A stretch of 62,486 nucleotides of DNA, counting the filler, from Sphacelaria rigidula (lineage: Eukaryota): assembly GCA_964200075.2 (NCBI GenBank). It is 7 parts of 7 records of this genome, joined end to end, with 100 filler letters (N's around TTAATTAATTAA, not from the genome) between each part and the next. Parts side by side here need not be neighbours in the genome. Positions count along the whole stretch, not along the records: positions 53,647 to 62,486 come from CAXNAA020009971.1; 6 more parts are not named here. One strand, 5' to 3'. This document shows, piece after piece, positions 53,895-62,486 of this stretch. Position numbers and translations under genes: made by a program. Within the stretch, counting starts at the first letter, position 1, and every line of letters starts with the position of its first letter. The notes under the pieces are model-generated. The model saw only the letters and a program-made list of their open reading frames with translations. It made no database searches and was not told the DNA's origin.

Positions 53895-56800
53895 GGAGAG
53901 GGCAGGCAGATGAAGGTGACCAAACGAGTCTGGGAAAAGAAGAACCCTTTGTCTTTCTTCCACGTCTGTCCGTTGCTGCTGCACGAGAAGATGAACAAAG
54001 TCAACGACCGCCCGGTCTACAGATTCGTATTTTCCTGTCCTGGAAAGGCTACCGCGCTGGTGCGTACGTAGTGTCGTGCTCCATTGTGTTGTGTGTTTGT
54101 TTTGCTCCAGTGAGCGTCGTAGGCTCAGGGTTTTGTTGCTGGTTGTTTACTTTTCAGCTCTCGAACCCCGAGGCCCTCCTCTTCAAGAGAGAACTATCCT
54201 TTTCTGTTGCTTTGCCACCACATATTGGAAATTTCCAACCCAAGTGCCGTTTGGCCATGTATTTCTCAGGTAACGTACACGATATTTTCAGGTGATGTAC
54301 ACGATATTATCAGGAGATGTCCATGATGCTTTCACGATCTCTCTCTTCCGCACACTATTATTTCGCTGTTCTCCTTTGTACGTTGCACCTGAGTGTGAGA
54401 AATCATACCCCTTGTGACTCCGAGTATATACCTTATTTCGCGTGGATGTCAAACTGTCATGATTTCTTGAATGATTTTGTCGAATGCTGTACAAGGAGCT
54501 CATATGTAGCTCAAGGCCGAAAGAATTCCGTAAACTAAGTTTTTTTTTGTTCATCGTGATGGAACTCATTCCCTGACAAGAACATGCACTCGCGTGGCTT
54601 CTCGCCGTTTGGCAGGGGAAAAAGTGAAAAATGTCAACATCACATATTTTTTTCTAGGGATTTTTACTGGGGTGTTTCGAACTATTTTTCCACATGTTGT
54701 GCGGCGGCGTGCAGCCCTTCATGCCGTCGCTCATCACACGCGAGGTGGACCGTATGTGCTTTCCACATGAGGCAGGCCAGGATCCACGGCCCCGACATGA
54801 GTATTGACCGCGTTGTACCAGGCAGCTCTGCATGCTTGCATATTATTATAAGGGCAACGGATAATGACCGGTCAGCACCGTCACTCGACTTTCCCTTCGT
54901 AGATAATGATGGATTTCGTTTTTTTACAGCGCAAGCCAGGTATGTGCCGTTCGAAAAGATTTACTCACAGGTTTGTCGCCGATGCCAGCCAGCACTGCCT
55001 GCTTCGAGAATATTGTTTAAAGAATATAACCTTTTCAATGGTTTCGAGAGCCGTGACCACGTGTTCTGGAGAGGAAGGACCGACAAGGTCGCAGATGAAG
55101 AGAGTTGTCCGTTCTCAGTTCCTCCACGAGATACTCATTCACTTCTAGCTCTTCACCCCGGAGACATGATGGTCCCATCAGATGAACGAGCCAAACCGCG
55201 CACCAGAATATAAATGGCTTCCGCCGTCGCGTAGCTTTCCTTTTTGTTTTCGTTCCTTTTCTCCAGTTCGCCCTCCCCCTCTTTCCTTCCTTCCTCTCCT
55301 CTTTCCTCTCTTCATCGAGTTTCCTCCAGCGAGCGTTTTCGTTTTGTTAACCTTGGGTATGATTTATCTCCGATCTTGTTACCACGACTGGGCTCCTAGG
55401 GTATCTTGTGATCAGTCAATAGGCGACAACCAACCGATCAACCGTACGTGCACCGTTGTTCCCGGGTGACAGGTAAACGCCGTGACAGGGGTTTGCCACT
55501 TCAACATGCGCGTTGCGCAGGAGGATGGAAAGGTGAGCTAGCTGACGGTTCCCACAGGTTCGGCAATTTTTACGTTGGACAAGATGACATCGCGTCCCAC
55601 ATCATGTAGGTTGTACGTTCATGCACAAGGATGATACGCAGACGCTAACATAAAACATGTCAGAGAGATACGCTCAAAGCTTATTTCGGCGACGAATATT
55701 CTCCCAAGACAATGCAGTGGTCGTATCATAGCTGGGTCATCAAACAGTACTCGAAGGCGCCATTCCACCTGCCGGCGTGGGGTACGGTGGTTTATTGTAG
55801 AGACATCGCAGTCATGTGATGTACTACTCATCACCAACTTGAGATATATGTACACGAAGAACGCTACGTTGCTTCCCAACACGTCCACCCCATAGTGTTT
55901 ACTCCATCTTTTGCGTAGACAAACGAATCTGCTGGGGGGTTTTGCATATATCGTCATGCGCGCACATCCATTGCATGCCATTTGTATTTCATGAATCCTC
56001 TTGTAGCACTAACAATGCCGTACATAGTATCTTCTTTCGAACTTTTCTTTCGGAAGCAAAGACGAAGCTCATCGTCCGCCCTCCCTGGGATGGAGGAAAC
56101 TCCGTGTCCCATGGCATCTCACTTCTGTACAGTAATGATCAGTTCACCCGGTGCCCCCCGGAACAACGGTCGAGCGACTATTCCTTGAAATCATCCTCCC
56201 CTGATGATTGAAGTAAGTAAACAAGGTACATGTGCTCTCATCACACCCCCTTTCTGTATTGATCTATTCATCTATGCTCTTCAACACAAAGATTGAGCAA
56301 ATCCCCTGTAATTGACTATGTTACATCCCCCCTCGCCCCCCCCCTCGCGGTGCTCCGTCTCGAAAGGGATGCGTGATCAATGGTCACACGACTAAGGCAA
56401 GCAATAAATGAGTACGCTCCCCCCCCCCCACGCGGCGGCTCCCCCCAACCTTTCCCTTACACACAATGACGGTGGCAGATGATCCAACGCACATACAACG
56501 CGTTCGCGGTCCGAGTTTTACCCGAGGAAAAGGAGGGCGTGCCCAGGAAAGTGGTGCCCATCAGCGACAGCACAGAGGGGGAAGCTTGCATCGAAATGCG
56601 CATCAGGATATACTCGGATGGCGCTATGAGCACCCTCCTCATGCAGCTCATCAAGGTACGTCAGTTTGCCGAACTCGAGACGGGGGGGCAAGGGGGAGGG
56701 GTGGGACGAGATTGATTGATGTGGCACTGTAGAGTCTCGGGGTATTGTACGCGATATATTTCGCGAATGTATAGATGAAATGAAAGGTCGCATGTCGAGC

Positions 56801-59800
56801 GAGTCCGGGTCGTACTCGTGAAGCTTTGATCGGAGTCGCCGATTTTCCGTGTTAGTGCTGAGATTTTTTTCGAATTGGTGATCGCGATGACTCGGGTCAG
56901 CTCGTCTGCCCCACACTTCGCCATTGGTCGTATGATTCGAGTCAGCTCGTTTCGCCATGTCTCCAAATTGGCGATCATTTGATGTTCGACAGTCGTTTCG
57001 ACGCTCAGGACTCGTTTGGCGTGTGAAAATGGTTGGTTCCCGTCGCGTGCGAGCATGCTGCGATTGTACTACTCAAACGACAAGGGCAAGAGGAGCAGGA
57101 CTCGTGGCATTTAATACGGCATTGAATTTTATATTTACTGCTGTGTGTTGTGAAAACAATAAAGAGGAGGGATGGCACACCGCCGTGTGGATCATAGTAT
57201 GATAGTTCTACCGACATGTAGCTCGGAGCGGACACACCCGAACACTGCCGATATTGACGTTCACGATCCAGGTTTGCATGATCACGGTGATATCTCGCGT
57301 GATCTTGATTCCATGACTGCATGTTCATGCTATTGCTTGTTCCTCCCCCCTGCTGTTGTTCCGAAATCGTCGGATGTTGACTCCATAACTGTATGCGTTC
57401 TCGCAGAACGCCGACAATCCGGCGGTCCAGCTACAGGGCCCATTCTTGTGGGACAGTCTCATCCCTCCGCCAGCGCACCGAAACGTGGTGATGATCGCCG
57501 CCGGGACGGGTGTCAACCCCAGTGAGTCGTACGCTAGACCACTTCCACAACGCACATATATACATAGTATTTTTTCACGTTTCTCATAGTTCTTTGCCGT
57601 GTTTTTTGGTTTTCTGCATCCAGTGACGTTCATAAACGCCTAATTTTGTTCCAAGGTAAGATGCAACAGGGACAAAAGTGTTCTTCGGCTTGAGGAGACA
57701 GGCCAAGACCAGCATACGCATCGAACGGCGAGGCCAACCCATCCTGGCTACACCTCCGGCCAGATCTTGCTACGTATAGCGTAACACACGGTGCACATCA
57801 TTGGTATATTGGATAGATATCATCCTCCCCTCCTCATCCCCCCCCTCATCCTCCCGCGCGAACTGAACACCCCTGAGTAATGATGTTTTGGCTCATTTCG
57901 GCACCATGCCTATACCTAGAGGATTTCACCGACGTGCTTTTCGTATCACCTCCAGACCCGTGATATTTGATGAATTTCAGGGTCTCACAAAGATATCAAT
58001 CGTGGGGTAGTAAACACCGTGCTAAACTATATACATATTGTTGAGTGTTTTTATTCACACGTTCAAGCCCCCCCCCCCTCCTCAAGACGAGTCCATGATC
58101 TCAGGGAGATCAACTCATCTTTCGTCCAGCACATGCCTTTTGTGTTGGTCTTGCGAATTGGATTATGACCAACACACCCGCACCGCGTCCAATCTCGTCG
58201 AACAAACTCAGTCGAACGAGCCCTTTTTGCTACTCATATCCCAACACTTTCAACATCGAAAATCAAATACTGTACTTGGAAGGAAAAGGCCAAACAAGAC
58301 GCATCTGGCGGAGGTCGAACCTGCCTTTTTTCCACCCCAATGGTGTCAGTTGTACCATCAGACCAATACACCACTACACCGCCGGGGGACGCTACGAGTA
58401 TACCGTACCCCGTAGTCGCGTCGTCCACGAAAATGGCGTCAGTCAATTTATTATCAATGAAGATGATTATCAGTAGTAAAGCACAATGTCTGCTCTTTCT
58501 CTCCCTTTTTGTTTTCTTGTCCGTTCTTCCGTCCGTCCGTCCGTCCGTCCTTCCGTCCGTCCGTCCTTCCGTCCGTCCGTCCGTCCTTCGTGCGTCACTG
58601 GAATATGTCCTGTCTGTCCTCGGGGGTCGTCGTTTTGTCGCAGTGGTGCAAATCATCCGGAACTACTTGAACCTCGACCCAGCGCTGTGAGTACATTTTT
58701 ATGCGAATTTTGAGTGGGATTCTTCAGACCTGAACCAACAAGGGTGAAAAGGCTTGGAACATAACGCCGTGGAACGCCTGTGCACGTCGACTCCCCGTGT
58801 CTTTTTCAGACGGACACAGTCGCACGTGATTCGAAAATTTGAATAGAAGGCTTGGGGGGGTAGGGGGCGTTCTACCACAAATGTTCATCACTTGGTATAA
58901 AGATACGAGGTGAATCAAAATGACGGGTGTGAACTCAGTTATAATGGAGGTTTAGCTGAGCTGCAGGGTATGCTGAGTACGTGTTCGTTTTTTCTTAACT
59001 CGGAAATTTTCTTGTATGTTTTGTCTCGTTTGTGTGTGGGATGCTTTTAAGAAAAGTGTAGAGTATACCATGATGTGCATTACATTATGATGAGCTTATC
59101 CGATGTGTTCATACTTCGATGTGTATTCATCCCGAAATATCTATACCCACTCTCGGGATGTAGGAAATACAGCAGCGTAGCTTTTTTTTTTTTGGTGAAG
59201 GATCATGATGAGCTGCTGGCGGCGTGGGAAAGAAGGGACTTTCCACGGCCCACACACAAGAGTCCGAGAAGTGTAGATACCCTGTGGATACCCTGTAGAC
59301 GAGGTCAGAGGGGCCGAGTCACATATACCATCCGCCCTTGTAGCCGAAGAAATGCGGTTCTCTCGCCGGAAATACTACCATGTGCCCCCCACAGTATCGG
59401 AATATCTTCCCGTTCGCTTCGTTCCTGGGACCGTTACAATGAATGAGGAGGGAAACATTCCACGTGTGTTTTGGAGTATATAGCTCAAGGTGACCCGTGT
59501 TCATCACTAACTGTTGATTGTCGCTCGGTTACACCGGCTTCTTGGGGTCTGCGGTCATAACGTGCTCACATCACCGGAACAAGCGTGTGGAAATCTGTGT
59601 CCTCGCGTTCTACCCGTCATGTCTTATCCCTCTAGGCATGTCCCGTCAAAAAAGCGAATGGGGCACCCGTATGCACCTGTGGAATATAGGGTATGCTTCA
59701 CGCAATACGTTTTTTTCACTGCAAGTTATTGGCCGCATATTCTCCAGGGTGTGAAAAATAGCTGTACTGTCCGGTATTTTACTTACTTTAGTGCTACTCG

Positions 59801-61472
59801 ATGTAGATACAGTACTGTACGGTGAAACCGGCGATCGTGCCTCGGTGCTGCTGCTGCATCTGTTGCCTGTCCAGCACGATACTGACATCTACTGTGAAAC
59901 AGCGGTTCAGTAGAGAGAAGACACTTTGAAGAAAACAAAACAAGCGGATCTGGAGGGAATACGAACCCCCGTATTTTTTCCACCCTAATGTTGTCCGTTG
60001 GATCATTTTAGTTCGGATCTCCGGGGTGCGGGTGCTACAATCAACAGCTGATCATCGAAAATGAGGGATATGGCTTTTCATTGAGGATGAGAACTCGGGG
60101 GGTCAGAATGTCCGTATCCACAGCAAATCTTCGTAATGTGGTTCCATTCCGTTACCTACTGGTGGCTATTGACAACTGCTACACGTCCTACAAATTTGGA
60201 TTTCGATAACCGAAAATGTTGGGGTCCTAAATAAAAAATCAATTTTGAGGAATTTAGTCGTTTGGGTTGAGGTTAACAAAAAATCAGCGTTGGGGAATTT
60301 AGGTGATCCGACCTAAAATCCCCAAACTTGATTTGTTATTTAGGACCCCAACATTCCGGCTATCGAAATCCAATTTTTTAGGGCGTGTAGCATTTGTCAA
60401 TAGCTACCAGTAGGTGGAGGAATGGAACCACATCACGAAGATTTGGTGTGGATACGGAGATTCTGACCCTCCGGGTTCTCATCCTCAGTGAAAAGCTCCA
60501 TCCTCAATTTCGATGATCGGCTGTTTATTGGTAACTTATCGTTACCCATTATGTGGGTCACGTCAACTAGCGACCGTCCTCACACGAGCACTCTGGTTCT
60601 TGATAGGACACGGTTGCTGGATGATTGAGATACTCTATCGGAATATGACAGGGTGTATACGCAACGAAGTTGCTCCGGTGTGAAAGCACTTTCACTGTTC
60701 TTGGTCTTGCCGTGGGCTACTTTTTGTCGCAGTTTTGGCTTGAAAATCTACACCTCTATGCGAACGGGACACTTGAAAAACAAAACTTGAACTCCCATGT
60801 GATTCAGGTGGCTGGCTCGCGCTTGTAACTTGACATTATTCGACACTAAGGCGAACGAGGGGTGCAAGGATTATCTCACCAGGTCATCTGACGACGTCGA
60901 ACAACTTGAAATTAGAGATTTTCGATCAATTGCCGGCTTCACGTAACGCCACCTTATCTCCCGTCCAGACACCTGCACACATTGAAGTCAAAGTCGGAAC
61001 GCTATTCCGCGGCACTGTTCCGTCAAGGACGGACGTCCTCTTCTCGGTAAAACCGGCTTGTAGTGCTGTACCAACACCTGTTGCATGGCTTGTAGCAGCC
61101 TAGACGTGCGTATATATATATATATTATATATATTCTATTTTCTCCTGACATCTATCGATGATCGATGCGCGTACCCCGTAGCCCGTAGCGCACGCTCCG
61201 TTCAACCTAACGCTGGTGTGGCGTGTGATGTGCCCGGCCCTACCCCCACCCGCCCCCTCCCGCTACCCCTTTCGTTTTCCCTTTTTTTTCTTGCTTCCTC
61301 CCAATGCCGCGGCGCGCGTTTACCGTCGTGGTGTACTGGCCGTTTTCCACAACGGTAATGTCAATGCAGTCGCAACGATGGGACTCTCGGAGGACACACG
61401 AGGCTTGTCTTGATCTGGCAAAACACGCATGAGGCAGACTTGTACGGTGTTGATGAGCTCATTAAGTTACAG
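53895..61472 (+). CDS. FAD/NAD(P)-binding oxidoreductase (cytochrome b5 reductase/FNR-like), partial at both ends
   Basis: Phase-consistent exons 53895-54059, 55473-55532, 56479-56655, 57407-57521, 58644-58686, 61370-61472. Motifs YRFVFS, QRTYN (RxY), IRIYSDGAMS, LQGP, VMIAAGTGVNPMVQII, LVLIWQNTHEADL..DEL. Confidence 0.85.
56350..56429 (+). mobile_element. Short family A poly(C) retroposon (intronic)
   Basis: GTGCTCCGTCTCGAAAGGGATGCGTG..ATGAGTACGCT-C run, flanked by near-duplicate CCCCCC(T/A)CGCGG. Confidence 0.8.
58518..58590. repeat. (CCGT)n microsatellite
   Basis: GTCCGTCCGTCCGTCCTTCCGTCCGT... Confidence 0.9.
60038..60530. repeat. ~490-bp intronic foldback (arms ~220 bp)
   Basis: 60038-60256 is the reverse complement of 60312-60530 (e.g. 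ATGTTGGGGTCCTAAATAA / TTATTTAGGACCCCAACAT, TCCGTATCCACA / TGTGGATACGGA). Confidence 0.92.
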
Positions 61473-61993
61473 GTGCGGTGCACGGAACACAGTGTGTCCA
61501 GCGTTTGCCGGCTTGTGCACACGAGCGGGCCCGTTTTGTTCGGTTCCCTTTTTCTCGTGAGGCCGAGCTTCTCTCCGCTGCTTTGCCATCGCCTTGTCCC
61601 TCTGCACCTGGGTTTCAATTATATCGCCCGTCTGTTTTTACACTCCCGTCGGGTGCATTATGAGTGAAAAATTGTCATCGTTGCCGACGATGAATGGAAT
61701 AGCAAACGTCATCATCCATCGAGATTGGAGCGGTGCAGGGAAGATTCGCGTGGTCCCTGGGGTGAGGGTGAGGATGAAACGCACAGATCGACGGAAACAT
61801 CGAACCAATTTCTTCCTTCCTCGTGTTCTCAGTTCATGTGCCCAGTAGCGGCAAGATAAACACCCTTCTGTTGGAAAACGCCTCTGCTCAGGAGCGTAGA
61901 CATGCCGTGCATGCAACGATTTCCGGGATATTGTTCGCTTGAAGAAACAAGTTGAGCAGAGACCTCGAGGAACGTTTCCAAGTGGGGAAGGAA

Positions 61994-62375
61994 GGGTAGG
62001 TACTCATTCGTTGCTTGCCTTGATCATTTGACCTTTGACCACGCACCCCTTTCGAGACGGAGGAAGCATTGTTCCTACTAGAAACACCTTCAACATTTCT
62101 GTGCTCAGTACGTATTTTCCTATACATTACACTACACAAGAACCTTTTACATGTCTTTTTCCCTTCCTGTGTTGCCGTCTGTGGCCACCATGTATCTCCT
62201 AGTATAGCGATCGTTCTCTTGCTACTCTCTAATAATGCAATAAATTTCTCCATGTCACAGTCGTCTAGTTTCCTCATCTCCTGTCACATGTCCCGTTCCT
62301 CCTTTCATTGTTCACTTTGTCCCATTTTATGACTTCTACTCTCCATTTCTTCGCCACGAGGGCAGCACATGTACA
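61994..62375 (-). mobile_element. LINE 3' end (family A), degenerate
   Basis: CCPRGEEMESRSHKMGQSEQ*KEERD..MEKFIALLESSKRTIAILGDTWWP (decayed CCHC region), then the family A 3' UTR ending AATGAGTACC. Confidence 0.75.
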
Positions 62376-62486
62376 ACGTTTGGTGGAGAAACTCGAGAAC
62401 CTCTTACAGTTTTTCTTGCCTTGACGTCAAATTCACCCTAAAAGACGTTTCCATACTAGAACCAAGTAGTTAGGAGTTGCACGTTT

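Overview
Eukaryotic, intron-rich DNA of roughly 50% GC. Short exons, GT-AG introns with gtgcgt/gtgagt donors and the repeat landscape suggest a stramenopile, most likely a brown alga (inference). The window is not one locus. It is seven separate contigs of 8842, 8842, 8841, 8841, 8840, 8840 and 8840 bp, in descending length, joined by 100-nt linkers (N44-TTAATTAATTAA-N44), so adjacency across linkers means nothing. Contig 1 holds decayed Ty1/copia pieces (RNase H, LTR, PBS, gag) followed by a decayed DIRS/Ngaro-like element with a ~120-bp tandem array. Contig 2 is mostly repeats, with two probable terminal exons and a LINE 3' end. Contig 3 holds 12 exons of a peroxisomal multifunctional enoyl-CoA hydratase/3-hydroxyacyl-CoA dehydrogenase ending in SKL. 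Contig 4 holds two exons of an EF-hand calcium sensor, a MITE and a foldback. Contig 5 holds a ~5.5-kb intronless, decayed minus-strand coding region that ends in a SET domain and has a weak methyltransferase-like motif, between diverged direct repeats. Contig 6 holds three exons of an unknown protein and many tRNA-derived SINEs. Contig 7 holds six exons of a cytochrome-b5-reductase/FNR-like oxidoreductase and a long intronic hairpin. Across contigs there is a LINE plus non-autonomous partners that share a 3' end finishing in ATGAGTAC-poly(C), with target-site duplications that begin in C residues.
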